Below, piece by piece: positions 10,249-22,714 of a DNA stretch of 64,000 nucleotides (positions are counted from its first letter, which is position 1; the number at the start of each line of letters is the position of its first letter). A program made the position numbers and the translations under genes. Source of the stretch: Escherichia coli (GTDB lineage: Bacteria > Pseudomonadota > Gammaproteobacteria > Enterobacterales > Enterobacteriaceae); the NCBI RefSeq assembly GCF_017348835.2, contig NZ_CP071375.1, one strand, 5' to 3'. The notes under the pieces are model-generated. The model ran no database searches. It had not been told where the DNA came from and saw only the letters and a list, made by a program, of their open reading frames with translations.

Positions 10249-11001
10249 TCAGATAACGTCGATTTCAGCGACCGATGGGTAAATCCAGCTGGGGCGGAAC
10301 GGCATACTGTCGATATCGTCGAGCGATGAAACACCAGAGAGCACCAGAATCGTCTCCAGACCTGCCTGGAAGCCGGCCAGAATATCGGTACGCAGGTTAT
10401 CGCCGACAATCACCGTTTCTTCCGAATGTGCCTGCATTTTGTTTAATGCCGCGCGGATAATCCACGGACTCGGCTTACCAACATAGAACGGTTTACGCCC
10501 GGAGATTTTTTCGATCCCTGCACACAACGCGCCACAGGCGGGATAAAAACCGCGCCCGTGGGTGTCCGGGTTGGTGGCGATAAAACGTGCACCGTTAGCG
10601 ACGAAATAGGCCGCTTTATGCATCATGTCCCAGTTGTAGGAACGCGTTTCGCCAACAATCACAAAATCAGGGTTCACATCGGTAATAGTGAAACCGGCTT
10701 TGTACAGTTCATGAATCAGTGCGCCTTCGCCCACCACATACGCTTTCTTGCCTTCCTGGCGACGCAGGAAATCGGCGGTCGCCATCGCAGAGGTATAAAA
10801 CACGCTGTCAGGTACATCGACACCGGCAGTGGCAAAGCGGTTCGCCAGATCCTGCCCGGTCTGCGAAGGATAGTTGGTCAGCAACACCAGCGGCAGGCCT
10901 TTATCCATAATCCCGTGCAAAAATTCCGCTGCACCCGGTACGGCGACGTTATCGTGCATCAGCACGCCGTCGATATCGCAAATTACATTTTTAATGGTCA
11001 T
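10249..11001 (-). CDS. nagD: UMP phosphatase NagD/UmpH (HAD superfamily)
   Basis: 250-aa ORF with HAD motif I DIDGVL; last gene of the nagBACD operon. Confidence 0.93.
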   Translation of the reverse strand: MTIKNVICDIDGVLMHDNVAVPGAAEFLHGIMDKGLPLVLLTNYPSQTGQDLANRFATAGVDVPDSVFYTSAMATADFLRRQEGKKAYVVGEGALIHELYKAGFTITDVNPDFVIVGETRSYNWDMMHKAAYFVANGARFIATNPDTHGRGFYPACGALCAGIEKISGRKPFYVGKPSPWIIRAALNKMQAHSEETVIVGDNLRTDILAGFQAGLETILVLSGVSSLDDIDSMPFRPSWIYPSVAEIDVI

Positions 11002-11048
11002 GGACTACCCAGAATATTGACAACAATAAGCGCCACTATAAAAGCACA

Positions 11049-12269
11049 TTAATTTTCCAGCAAATGCTGGAGCAAAATACCGTTGAGCATGGCGCGTTTT
11101 ACCAGCGCAAAAGCGCCGATTGCCGAGCGGTGATCCAGCTCAGAACGTACCACCGGCAGATTAGTACGAAACGCCTTCAGCGCCTGGGTATTAATGCAGC
11201 TTTCAATAGCAGGGAGCAGCACTTTATCGGCTTCGGTGATTTCACCGGCAATAACAATTTTTTGCGGATTAAATAAGTTGATAGCAATGGCGATGGTTTT
11301 GCCCAGATGACGACCGACATACTCAATCACTTCCGAGGCCAGGCTATCGCCTTTGTTCGCGGCTTTGCAGATAGTTTTGATGGTGCAGTCGTCCAGCGGC
11401 ACGCGGCTCTGGTAGCCCTGCTTTAACAGATTCAACACCCGTTGTTCAATGGCAGCGTTGGCGGCGATAGTTTCCAGGCAGCCAAAGTTGCCGCAGTGGC
11501 AGCGTTCACCCAGCGGTTCGACCTGAATATGGCCAATTTCACCGACGTTGCCGTTGCGGCCAATAAAAATGCGCCCGTTAGAGATAATCCCGGCCCCGGT
11601 TCCGCGATGGACACGCACCAGAATGGAGTCTTCGCAATCCTGACTTGCACCGAAGTAGTGCTCTGCCAGCGCCAGACTACGGATATCGTGGCCGACAAAA
11701 CAGGTCACTTTAAAACGCTCTTCCAGTGCTTCTACCAGCCCCCAGTTTTCCACCTGAATATGCGGCATGTAATGAATTTTGCCGCTGTCCGGGTCAACAA
11801 GTCCAGGCAGGATCACGGAAATGGCGATCAGCTCGCGCAGCTTGCGTTGGTAGCTATCAATAAACTGAGCAATGGCATTCAGCAGGGCATGTTCCAGCGT
11901 CTGCTGGGTACGTTCCGGCAGCGGGTAATGTTCTTCTGCCAGCACTTTGCTGCTGAGATCAAACAGAGTGATGGTGGCGTCATGACGACCAAGCCGTACG
12001 CCGATTGCGTGGAAATTGCGGGTTTCGGTGACGATAGAGATAGCGCGGCGGCCCCCGGTGGAGGCCTGCTGATCAACTTCTTTGATCAGCCCGCGTTCGA
12101 TAAGCTGACGCGTAATTTTGGTTACGCTGGCGGGGGCAAGCTGGCTTTGCTCGGCAATCTGAATCCGCGAGATTGGCCCGTACTGGTCAATCAGGCGATA
12201 AACCGCCGCGCTGTTAAGCTGTTTTACGAGATCAACATTACCTATCTGAGCTTGTCCGCCTGGTGTCAT
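11049..12269 (-). CDS. nagC: N-acetylglucosamine repressor NagC (ROK family)
   Basis: 406-aa ORF with an N-terminal HTH and a ROK sugar-kinase-like domain carrying a CxCGxxGC zinc motif. Confidence 0.95.
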   Translation of the reverse strand: MTPGGQAQIGNVDLVKQLNSAAVYRLIDQYGPISRIQIAEQSQLAPASVTKITRQLIERGLIKEVDQQASTGGRRAISIVTETRNFHAIGVRLGRHDATITLFDLSSKVLAEEHYPLPERTQQTLEHALLNAIAQFIDSYQRKLRELIAISVILPGLVDPDSGKIHYMPHIQVENWGLVEALEERFKVTCFVGHDIRSLALAEHYFGASQDCEDSILVRVHRGTGAGIISNGRIFIGRNGNVGEIGHIQVEPLGERCHCGNFGCLETIAANAAIEQRVLNLLKQGYQSRVPLDDCTIKTICKAANKGDSLASEVIEYVGRHLGKTIAIAINLFNPQKIVIAGEITEADKVLLPAIESCINTQALKAFRTNLPVVRSELDHRSAIGAFALVKRAMLNGILLQHLLEN

Positions 12270-12277
12270 ACTTTCTC

Positions 12278-14286
<2,009 letters not shown>

Positions 14287-14440
14287 TATTCACCTCAATA
14301 AGTAAAATGTAAGCCGTTGGCGGATTAGGCATCTTTAAGCGTAACCTGGATTTGCGCAGACAGGCGTCAATCCGACCTGATTTTTTGAATGATAAAATAA
14401 GTTTTCTGGTTTAGCCAGTAAAAGGGAGTGATGATAACGA

Positions 14441-14466
14441 TATTTGGTGACAAAACTCACAAAAGA
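14441..14466. promoter_or_regulatory. probable CRP site in the divergent nagB-nagE control region
   Basis: GGTGAcaaaacTCACA matches the TGTGA-N6-TCACA consensus. Confidence 0.5.
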
Positions 14467-14472
14467 CACGCA

Positions 14473-14497
14473 TTTAATTTGCGATACGAATTAAATT
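14473..14497. promoter_or_regulatory. probable NagC operator
   Basis: AT-rich palindrome tttaatttgcgatacgaattaaatt next to the CRP-like site between nagB and nagE. Confidence 0.45.
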
Positions 14498-14618
14498 TTC
14501 ACACACTCTGTAGCAGATGATCTAACAATCTGATTACAGAACATCGGCAGTAAAATTTGCAGCAAAATAAAAATACGGCTTTAAACGAGCCAAATAGGGT
14601 TCTCGTAGGGGGAATAAG

Positions 14619-16565
14619 ATGAATATTTTAGGTTTTTTCCAGCGACTCGGTAGGGCGTTACAGCTCCCTATCGCGGTGCTGCCGGTGGCGGCACTGTTGC
14701 TGCGATTCGGTCAGCCAGATTTACTTAACGTTGCGTTTATTGCCCAGGCGGGCGGTGCGATTTTTGATAACCTCGCATTAATCTTCGCCATCGGTGTGGC
14801 ATCCAGCTGGTCGAAAGACAGCGCAGGTGCGGCGGCGCTGGCGGGTGCGGTAGGTTACTTTGTGTTAACCAAAGCGATGGTGACCATCAACCCAGAAATT
14901 AACATGGGTGTACTGGCGGGTATCATTACCGGTCTGGTTGGTGGCGCAGCCTATAACCGTTGGTCCGATATTAAACTGCCGGACTTCCTGAGCTTCTTCG
15001 GCGGCAAACGCTTTGTGCCGATCGCCACCGGCTTCTTCTGCCTGGTGCTGGCGGCCATTTTTGGTTACGTCTGGCCGCCGGTACAGCACGCTATCCATGC
15101 AGGCGGCGAGTGGATCGTTTCTGCAGGCGCGCTGGGTTCCGGTATCTTTGGTTTCATCAACCGTCTGCTGATCCCAACCGGTCTGCATCAGGTACTGAAC
15201 ACCATCGCCTGGTTCCAGATTGGTGAATTCACCAACGCGGCGGGTACGGTTTTCCACGGTGACATCAACCGCTTCTATGCCGGTGACGGCACCGCGGGGA
15301 TGTTCATGTCCGGCTTCTTCCCGATCATGATGTTCGGTCTGCCGGGTGCGGCGCTGGCGATGTACTTCGCAGCACCGAAAGAGCGTCGTCCGATGGTTGG
15401 CGGGATGCTGCTTTCTGTTGCTGTTACTGCGTTCCTGACCGGTGTGACTGAGCCGCTGGAATTCCTGTTCATGTTCCTTGCTCCGCTGCTGTACCTCCTG
15501 CACGCACTGCTGACCGGTATCAGCCTGTTTGTGGCAACGCTGCTGGGTATCCATGCCGGCTTCTCTTTCTCTGCGGGGGCTATCGACTACGCGTTGATGT
15601 ATAACCTGCCGGCCGCCAGCCAGAACGTCTGGATGCTGCTGGTGATGGGCGTTATCTTCTTCGCTATCTACTTCGTGGTGTTCAGTTTGGTTATCCGCAT
15701 GTTCAACCTGAAAACGCCGGGTCGTGAAGATAAAGAAGACGAGATCGTTACTGAAGAAGCCAACAGCAACACTGAAGAAGGTCTCAATCAACTGGCGACC
15801 AACTATATTGCTGCGGTTGGCGGCACTGACAACCTGAAAGCAATTGACGCCTGTATCACCCGTCTGCGCCTTACAGTGGCTGACTCTGCCCGCGTTAACG
15901 ATACGATGTGTAAACGTCTGGGTGCTTCTGGTGTAGTAAAACTGAACAAACAGACTATTCAGGTGATTGTTGGCGCGAAAGCAGAATCCATCGGCGATGC
16001 GATGAAGAAAGTCGTTGCCCGTGGCCCGGTAGCAGCTGCCTCTGCTGAAGCAACTCCGGCAACTGCCGCTCCTGTAGCAAAACCGCAGGCTGTACCAAAC
16101 GCGGTATCTATCGCGGAGCTGGTATCGCCGATTACCGGTGATGTCGTGGCACTGGATCAGGTTCCTGACGAAGCATTCGCCAGCAAAGCGGTGGGTGACG
16201 GTGTGGCGGTGAAACCGACAGATAAAATCGTCGTATCACCAGCCGCAGGGACAATCGTGAAAATCTTCAACACCAACCACGCGTTCTGTCTGGAAACCGA
16301 AAAAGGCGCGGAGATTGTCGTTCACATGGGTATCGACACCGTAGCGCTGGAAGGTAAAGGCTTTAAACGTCTGGTGGAAGAGGGCGCGCAGGTAAGCGCA
16401 GGGCAACCGATTCTGGAAATGGATCTGGATTACCTGAACGCTAACGCCCGTTCGATGATTAGCCCGGTGGTTTGCAGCAATATCGACGATTTCAGTGGCT
16501 TGATCATTAAAGCTCAGGGCCATGTTGTGGCGGGTCAAACACCGCTGTATGAAATCAAAAAGTAA
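14619..16565 (+). CDS. nagE: PTS N-acetylglucosamine-specific EIICBA component
   Basis: 648-aa ORF with a polytopic EIIC domain, EIIB (CITRLR) and a C-terminal EIIA; recognised as NagE. Confidence 0.95.
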   Translation: MNILGFFQRLGRALQLPIAVLPVAALLLRFGQPDLLNVAFIAQAGGAIFDNLALIFAIGVASSWSKDSAGAAALAGAVGYFVLTKAMVTINPEINMGVLAGIITGLVGGAAYNRWSDIKLPDFLSFFGGKRFVPIATGFFCLVLAAIFGYVWPPVQHAIHAGGEWIVSAGALGSGIFGFINRLLIPTGLHQVLNTIAWFQIGEFTNAAGTVFHGDINRFYAGDGTAGMFMSGFFPIMMFGLPGAALAMYFAAPKERRPMVGGMLLSVAVTAFLTGVTEPLEFLFMFLAPLLYLLHALLTGISLFVATLLGIHAGFSFSAGAIDYALMYNLPAASQNVWMLLVMGVIFFAIYFVVFSLVIRMFNLKTPGREDKEDEIVTEEANSNTEEGLNQLATNYIAAVGGTDNLKAIDACITRLRLTVADSARVNDTMCKRLGASGVVKLNKQTIQVIVGAKAESIGDAMKKVVARGPVAAASAEATPATAAPVAKPQAVPNAVSIAELVSPITGDVVALDQVPDEAFASKAVGDGVAVKPTDKIVVSPAAGTIVKIFNTNHAFCLETEKGAEIVVHMGIDTVALEGKGFKRLVEEGAQVSAGQPILEMDLDYLNANARSMISPVVCSNIDDFSGLIIKAQGHVVAGQTPLYEIKK

Positions 16566-16615
16566 TCTGCTTTATGCCTGATGCGACGCTTGAGCGTCGC
16601 ATCCAACAATGACAA

Positions 16616-16647
16616 GCGGTGGAGATCTTCTCTGCCGCTTTTTTTTT
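16616..16647 (+). terminator. nagE intrinsic terminator
   Basis: GC-rich hairpin gcggtggaga-tct-tctctgccgc followed by a T9 run; preceded by a REP-like palindrome at 16580-16603. Confidence 0.65.
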
Positions 16648-16767
16648 CATCAATCATCCCCATAATCTCAGTGAGATTTTCGATTTTCACTAACTAACAG
16701 TTGTCAGCCTGTCCCGCTTATAAGATCATACGCCGTTATACGTTGTTTACGCTTTGAGGAATCCACG

Positions 16768-18432
16768 ATGAGTGAGGCAGAAGCCCGCCCGACTAACTTT
16801 ATCCGTCAGATCATCGATGAAGATCTGGCCAGTGGTAAGCACACCACAGTACACACCCGTTTCCCGCCGGAGCCGAATGGCTATCTGCATATTGGCCATG
16901 CGAAATCTATCTGCCTGAACTTCGGGATCGCCCAGGACTATAAAGGCCAGTGCAACCTGCGTTTCGACGACACTAACCCGGTAAAAGAAGATATCGAGTA
17001 TGTTGAGTCGATCAAAAACGACGTAGAGTGGTTAGGTTTTCACTGGTCTGGTAACGTCCGTTACTCCTCCGATTATTTTGATCAGCTTCACGCATATGCG
17101 ATCGAACTGATCAATAAAGGCCTGGCGTACGTTGATGAACTGACGCCGGAACAGATCCGCGAATACCGCGGCACCCTGACACAGCCGGGTAAAAACAGCC
17201 CGTACCGCGACCGCAGCGTTGAAGAGAACCTGGCGCTGTTCGAGAAAATGCGTACCGGCGGTTTTGAAGAAGGTAAAGCCTGCCTGCGTGCGAAAATCGA
17301 CATGGCGTCGCCATTTATCGTAATGCGCGATCCGGTGCTGTACCGCATTAAATTTGCTGAACACCACCAGACTGGCAACAAGTGGTGCATCTACCCGATG
17401 TACGACTTCACCCATTGCATCAGCGATGCGCTGGAAGGTATTACGCACTCTCTGTGTACGCTTGAGTTCCAGGACAACCGTCGCCTGTACGACTGGGTAC
17501 TGGACAACATCACCATTCCTGTTCACCCGCGCCAATACGAATTCTCGCGCCTGAATCTGGAATACACTGTGATGTCCAAGCGTAAGCTGAACCTGCTGGT
17601 GACCGACAAGCACGTTGAAGGCTGGGATGACCCGCGTATGCCGACCATTTCCGGTCTGCGTCGTCGTGGTTACACTGCGGCTTCTATTCGTGAGTTCTGC
17701 AAACGCATCGGCGTGACCAAGCAGGACAACACCATTGAGATGGCGTCGCTGGAATCCTGCATCCGTGAAGATCTCAACGAAAATGCGCCGCGCGCAATGG
17801 CGGTTATCGATCCGGTGAAACTGGTTATCGAAAACTATCAGGGCGAAGGCGAAATGGTCACCATGCCGAACCATCCGAACAAACCGGAAATGGGGAGCCG
17901 TCAGGTGCCGTTTAGCGGTGAGATTTGGATCGATCGCGCCGATTTCCGCGAAGAAGCTAACAAGCAGTACAAACGTCTGGTGCTGGGTAAAGAAGTGCGT
18001 CTGCGTAATGCTTACGTCATTAAGGCTGAACGCGTGGAGAAAGATGCCGAAGGTAATATCACCACCATCTTCTGTACTTATGACGCCGACACCTTAAGCA
18101 AGGATCCGGCAGATGGTCGTAAAGTGAAAGGCGTTATTCACTGGGTAAGCGCGGCACATGCGCTGCCGGTTGAAATCCGCCTGTACGATCGTCTGTTCAG
18201 TGTGCCGAATCCAGGCGCTGCGGATGATTTCCTGTCGGTGATTAACCAGGATTCTCTGGTCATTAAACAGGGCTTTGCTGAACCGTCTCTGAAAGATGCG
18301 GTGGCAGGTAAAGCATTCCAGTTTGAGCGTGAAGGTTACTTCTGCCTCGATAGCCGCCATTCTACGGCGGAAAAACCGGTATTTAACCGCACCGTTGGGC
18401 TGCGTGATACCTGGGCGAAAGTAGGCGAGTAA
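16768..18432 (+). CDS. glnS: glutaminyl-tRNA synthetase
   Basis: 554-aa class I aaRS with HIGH (HIGHAKS) and KMSKS-like (VMSKR) motifs. Confidence 0.97.
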   Translation: MSEAEARPTNFIRQIIDEDLASGKHTTVHTRFPPEPNGYLHIGHAKSICLNFGIAQDYKGQCNLRFDDTNPVKEDIEYVESIKNDVEWLGFHWSGNVRYSSDYFDQLHAYAIELINKGLAYVDELTPEQIREYRGTLTQPGKNSPYRDRSVEENLALFEKMRTGGFEEGKACLRAKIDMASPFIVMRDPVLYRIKFAEHHQTGNKWCIYPMYDFTHCISDALEGITHSLCTLEFQDNRRLYDWVLDNITIPVHPRQYEFSRLNLEYTVMSKRKLNLLVTDKHVEGWDDPRMPTISGLRRRGYTAASIREFCKRIGVTKQDNTIEMASLESCIREDLNENAPRAMAVIDPVKLVIENYQGEGEMVTMPNHPNKPEMGSRQVPFSGEIWIDRADFREEANKQYKRLVLGKEVRLRNAYVIKAERVEKDAEGNITTIFCTYDADTLSKDPADGRKVKGVIHWVSAAHALPVEIRLYDRLFSVPNPGAADDFLSVINQDSLVIKQGFAEPSLKDAVAGKAFQFEREGYFCLDSRHSTAEKPVFNRTVGLRDTWAKVGE

Positions 18433-18447
18433 TTTTAAGTTTCGCTA

Positions 18448-18610
18448 TGCCGGATGGGGCGTTTACGTCGCATCCGGCAAGGAACAGACAAACAGTTTCA
18501 AACGCTAAATTGCCTGATGCGCTACGCTTATCAGGCCTACATGATCTCTGCAATATATTGAGTTTGCGTGCTTTTGTAGGCCGGATAAGGCGTTCACGCC
18601 GCATCCGGCA
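18448..18610. repeat. BIME cluster (three REP units)
   Basis: Three REP palindromes in alternating orientation: gccggatggggcgtttacgtcgcatccggca, gcctgatgcgctacgcttatcaggcctac, gtaggccggataaggcgttcacgccgcatccggca. Confidence 0.75.
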
Positions 18611-18630
18611 AGAAATATGCAAACAATCCA

Positions 18631-18657
18631 AAACGCCGCGTTCAGCGGCGTTTTTTC
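18631..18657 (+). terminator. intrinsic terminator 3' of glnS
   Basis: Hairpin cgccgcg-ttca-gcggcg followed by a T6 run. Confidence 0.7.
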
Positions 18658-19010
18658 TGCTTTTCTTCGCGAATTAATTCCGCTTCGCAATTTATCCATA
18701 AAATAAATTTAAAATCACGAAACATAATTAAATAAAATGTAACCGCTTTCATCTTGCTGGAATTTCACGCTTTTATTCTTCTGCAAGCCTTTCAACGGCA
18801 AACTTAAGCCTTGTAACAAAAATCATCAAAATATGTGCGGTTGCTCATGTTCTTACATTCTGGTTACAGAAAGAGATTGATAATTCGCGTCGCGAAAAAT
18901 AGTCTGTTCCTGTAGTCAGCGAGACTTTTCTCAACGCTACTTTTTTAATTTTTATTTTTTTCGCTGTTCACCTTTGGTGCAGCAATTTATACGTCAAAGA
19001 GGATTAACCC

Positions 19011-20417
19011 ATGCGTACGTTTAGTGGCAAACGTAGTACGCTGGCGCTGGCTATCGCCGGTGTTACAGCAATGTCGGGCTTTATGGCAATGCCGGAGGCT
19101 CGCGCCGAAGGATTCATCGACGATTCAACCTTAACCGGCGGTATCTATTACTGGCAGCGTGAACGCGACCGTAAAGATGTTACCGACGGCGACAAATACA
19201 AAACCAACCTTTCTCACTCCACCTGGAATGCCAACCTCGATTTTCAGTCTGGTTATGCTGCTGATATTTTCGGCCTTGATATTGCCGCGTTTACGGCGAT
19301 TGAAATGGCGGAAAACGGCGACAGCTCTCACCCGAACGAAATCGCGTTTTCAAAAAGTAATAAAGCCTATGACGAAGACTGGTCCGGCGACAAAAGCGGT
19401 ATAAGCCTGTATAAAGCAGCGGCCAAATTTAAATACGGTCCGGTTTGGGCGAGGGCAGGTTATATTCAGCCAACCGGTCAGACGCTGTTAGCGCCGCACT
19501 GGAGCTTTATGCCAGGTACTTATCAGGGGGCGGAAGCCGGAGCGAATTTTGATTACGGCGATGCCGGTGCGTTGAGTTTCTCCTACATGTGGACCAATGA
19601 ATACAAAGCGCCGTGGCATCTGGAAATGGATGAGTTTTATCAGAACGATAAAACCACCAAAGTTGATTATCTGCACTCCCTTGGGGCGAAATACGACTTC
19701 AAAAATAACTTCGTACTGGAAGCGGCATTTGGTCAGGCGGAAGGGTATATCGATCAATATTTTGCCAAAGCCAGCTACAAATTTGATATCGCCGGTAGCC
19801 CGTTAACCACCAGCTACCAGTTCTACGGTACCCGCGATAAAGTTGACGATCGCAGCGTCAACGACCTTTATGACGGCACCGCCTGGCTGCAAGCGTTGAC
19901 CTTTGGTTACCGGGCGGCTGACGTAGTGGATTTGCGCCTCGAAGGCACCTGGGTTAAGGCTGACGGTCAGCAGGGATACTTCCTGCAACGTATGACTCCA
20001 ACCTACGCTTCCTCGAACGGTCGCCTGGATATCTGGTGGGACAACCGTTCCGACTTTAACGCTAACGGCGAAAAAGCGGTTTTCTTCGGTGCGATGTATG
20101 ACCTGAAAAACTGGAATCTTCCAGGCTTCGCCATCGGCGCTTCCTACGTTTACGCATGGGATGCTAAACCTGCGACCTGGCAGAGCAATCCGGATGCGTA
20201 CTACGACAAAAACCGGACTATTGAAGAGTCTGCCTACAGCCTGGATGCGGTCTATACCATTCAGGACGGTCGCGCCAAAGGCACGATGTTCAAACTGCAC
20301 TTCACCGAATACGACAACCACTCCGACATCCCAAGCTGGGGCGGTGGTTACGGCAACATCTTCCAGGATGAGCGTGACGTGAAATTTATGGTAATCGCAC
20401 CATTCACCATCTTCTGA
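19011..20417 (+). CDS. chiP: chitooligosaccharide outer-membrane porin (chitoporin)
   Basis: 468-aa ORF with a signal peptide and C-terminal beta-barrel ending in ...APFTIF; recognised as ChiP/YbfM. Confidence 0.93.
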   Translation: MRTFSGKRSTLALAIAGVTAMSGFMAMPEARAEGFIDDSTLTGGIYYWQRERDRKDVTDGDKYKTNLSHSTWNANLDFQSGYAADIFGLDIAAFTAIEMAENGDSSHPNEIAFSKSNKAYDEDWSGDKSGISLYKAAAKFKYGPVWARAGYIQPTGQTLLAPHWSFMPGTYQGAEAGANFDYGDAGALSFSYMWTNEYKAPWHLEMDEFYQNDKTTKVDYLHSLGAKYDFKNNFVLEAAFGQAEGYIDQYFAKASYKFDIAGSPLTTSYQFYGTRDKVDDRSVNDLYDGTAWLQALTFGYRAADVVDLRLEGTWVKADGQQGYFLQRMTPTYASSNGRLDIWWDNRSDFNANGEKAVFFGAMYDLKNWNLPGFAIGASYVYAWDAKPATWQSNPDAYYDKNRTIEESAYSLDAVYTIQDGRAKGTMFKLHFTEYDNHSDIPSWGGGYGNIFQDERDVKFMVIAPFTIF

Positions 20418-20466
20418 TGCCCGACGCGGCAGGTTTTGTGCCTGCCGCACGTTTGAGGAATTTGCT

Positions 20467-20793
20467 ATGAAAAAACTGATTCTCATCGCCATAATGGCAT
20501 CGGGGCTGGTGGCTTGTGCGCAATCAACCGCGCCACAGGAAGACAGCCGTCTGAAAGAGGCATACAGCGCCTGTATCAACACCGCACAAGGTTCGCCAGA
20601 AAAAATTGAAGCCTGCCAGAGCGTGTTAAACGTGCTGAAGAAAGAGAAACAACATCAGCAGTTTGCCGACCAGGAAAGTGTACGCGTACTGGATTATCAG
20701 CAGTGTCTGCGTGCAACGCAAACCGGAAATGATCAGGCGGTGAAAGCCGATTGTGATAAGGTCTGGCAGGAAATACGCAGTAATAACAAATAA
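20467..20793 (+). CDS. chiQ: lipoprotein ChiQ
   Basis: 108-aa ORF with lipobox LVAC; immediately downstream of chiP. Confidence 0.85.
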   Translation: MKKLILIAIMASGLVACAQSTAPQEDSRLKEAYSACINTAQGSPEKIEACQSVLNVLKKEKQHQQFADQESVRVLDYQQCLRATQTGNDQAVKADCDKVWQEIRSNNK

Positions 20794-20833
20794 GTGAGAG
20801 CTGTAACTCTCGCTTTTCTTATTTCCCTTGCAT

Positions 20834-20862
20834 AAAAAAGCCAACCCGCAGGTTGGCTTTTC
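20834..20862. terminator. bidirectional terminator between chiQ and fur
   Basis: Hairpin agccaacc-cgca-ggttggct flanked by an A-run and a T-run. Confidence 0.7.
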
Positions 20863-20876
20863 TCGTTCAGGCTGGC

Positions 20877-21323
20877 TTATTTGCCTTCGTGCGCATGCTC
20901 ATCTTCGCGGCAATCGCCTTCGGCACAGTGACCGTAAAGATAGAGACTGTGGTTAGTCAGGCGAATGCCATGTTTTGCGGCAATTTCACGCTGACGCGCT
21001 TCGATGGAGTCATCACTAAATTCGATTACCTTGCCGCAGTCGAGGCAGATCAGGTGATCGTGGTGATGTTGCTGTGTCAGTTCAAATACGGATTTACCGC
21101 CTTCAAAATTGTGGCGGGTGACGATACCAGCATCGTCAAACTGGTTCAGTACGCGATATACCGTAGCCAGACCAATTTCTTCACCCATATCGATCAGACG
21201 TTTGTATAAATCTTCCGCACTGACGTGATGGTTGTCCGGCTCCTGAAGAACTTCCAGGATTTTTAAACGAGGAAGCGTTACTTTCAGGCCAGCTTTCTTT
21301 AGGGCGGTATTGTTATCAGTCAT
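20877..21323 (-). CDS. fur: ferric uptake regulator
   Basis: 148-aa ORF with HHHDH and paired CxxC zinc motifs; recognised as Fur. Confidence 0.97.
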   Translation of the reverse strand: MTDNNTALKKAGLKVTLPRLKILEVLQEPDNHHVSAEDLYKRLIDMGEEIGLATVYRVLNQFDDAGIVTRHNFEGGKSVFELTQQHHHDHLICLDCGKVIEFSDDSIEARQREIAAKHGIRLTNHSLYLYGHCAEGDCREDEHAHEGK

Positions 21324-21402
21324 GCGGAATCTGTCCTGTTACTAAGCGGTTCACTTCATTAGAAGAAGTGACAGAATTTGCTCTTGAGATAATGCGTATC
21401 AT
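21316..21402 (-). CDS. uof: uof, upstream leader ORF translationally coupled to fur
   Basis: 28-codon ORF MIRIISRANSVTSSNEVNRLVTGQIPHD whose TGA overlaps fur codons 2-3 (ATGACTGA); matches the described uof leader peptide. Confidence 0.75.
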   Translation of the reverse strand: MIRIISRANSVTSSNEVNRLVTGQIPHD

Positions 21403-21611
21403 TATAGAATTGCCACGCCTAAATGAAAACCACAAGTCCCTGGCAAATATTGTTAATAAAAACGTGGCACAGCTTACATTTACAACAGCAAGGCCACTTG
21501 AACACCGGGACATTGTACAGGTACAACAGCAAAAGTTACAAATTTGTAGCAATTATTTTGATTGGCATTATCTATTAATACGGCGTAGACATGAGTCTAC
21601 GCCGCATCACA

Positions 21612-22142
21612 TCAGGCATTGAGAATTTCGTCGAGATGCAACTCTTCAGAAATCTGTTTAACCCATTTTTCTACACGTTCAGCGGTCAGTTCCGGCTGAC
21701 GGTCTTCGTCGATAGCCAGACCGACAAAGTGGTCGTCATCTGCCAGACCTTTTGATGCTTCGAAATGATAGCCCGCAGTTGGCCAGTGACCAACGATGGT
21801 TGCACCGCGCGGTTCAATGATGTCGCGGATGGTGCCCAATGCGTCGCAGAAATATTCGGCGTAATCTTCCTGGTCACCACAACCAAACAGCGCAACCAGT
21901 TTGCCATTGAAATCAATCTCTTCGAGAGTCGGGAAGAAGTCATCCCAGTCACACTGCGCTTCGCCGTAATACCAGGTTGGGATGCCCAGCAGCAGAATGT
22001 CATAAGCTTCCAGATCTTCTTTGCTGCTTTTTGCAATGTCATGGACATCGGCAACGTCTTTACCAAGCTGTTTTTGAATCATTTTTGCGATATTTTCGGT
22101 ATTACCGGTGTCGCTGCCGAAAAAGATGCCAGTGATAGCCAT
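21612..22142 (-). CDS. fldA: flavodoxin 1
   Basis: The ORF track gives 215 aa; the conserved flavodoxin N-terminus [16 protein letters not shown] starts at ATG 22142 (176 aa). Confidence 0.95.
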
Positions 22143-22281
22143 GAGTGAAATAACCTCTTGAAACTTATTGAAATGGGGGTGGAAAATTGCCCACGGATAA
22201 AGGCAATCATAGCAGAACAGGCAGTCTTGCGGAATCAGCAAACGAGCAGGACTGCACACTGTGCTACATGAAAGTGGAAAT

Positions 22282-22575
22282 TTAAACGATGCCCTGACTA
22301 CGCAGCGCCGCCAGTTGCTGCATTAACATCTCTTCGATCAGTTCGCTACGGCTCATATTGCGCGACTCCGCCAGCTCGTTCAGCGCCTCGACAGCTTCCG
22401 CGTTCAGCTTCAGTTCGACACGCTTAAGGCCTCGTACTTTGTCGCGTTTTAGCTGGTTGCGTTTATTAATACGCAGCTGTTCATCGCGCGAAAGCGGATT
22501 AGTTTTCGGTCGTCCCGGTCGACGCTCGTGCGCGAACAGATCTAATGTCGTACGGTCCGTTTGTTCTTTGGCCAT
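22282..22575 (-). CDS. ybfE: LexA-regulated small protein YbfE
   Basis: The ORF track gives 120 aa; the recalled YbfE N-terminus [14 protein letters not shown] starts at ATG 22575 (97 aa). Confidence 0.8.
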   Translation of the reverse strand: MAKEQTDRTTLDLFAHERRPGRPKTNPLSRDEQLRINKRNQLKRDKVRGLKRVELKLNAEAVEALNELAESRNMSRSELIEEMLMQQLAALRSQGIV

Positions 22576-22714
22576 GATCTTGGTGACTTCGGGGGAAACA
22601 ATCAGCCAGGCCTCTGCCCGGATGGATAGCGCGCCATAATACATCAGCGCGATGAGTCACGCCAACGCCCACGCGCGGAAAGCGACGCGGACGCTGGGTT
22701 TTTAATCAGTTGCG

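Noticed and set aside
14865-15791. 308-aa ORF antisense to nagE
   Set aside because: Shadow ORF inside the nagE coding region; His/Gln/Arg-rich low-complexity translation typical of antisense frames.
18448-18610. Possible CRISPR array suggested by clustered palindromic repeats
   Set aside because: The units are REP palindromes in alternating orientation with irregular spacing, not direct repeats with uniform unique spacers; the same holds for the clusters at 58763-58885 and 63115-63297.
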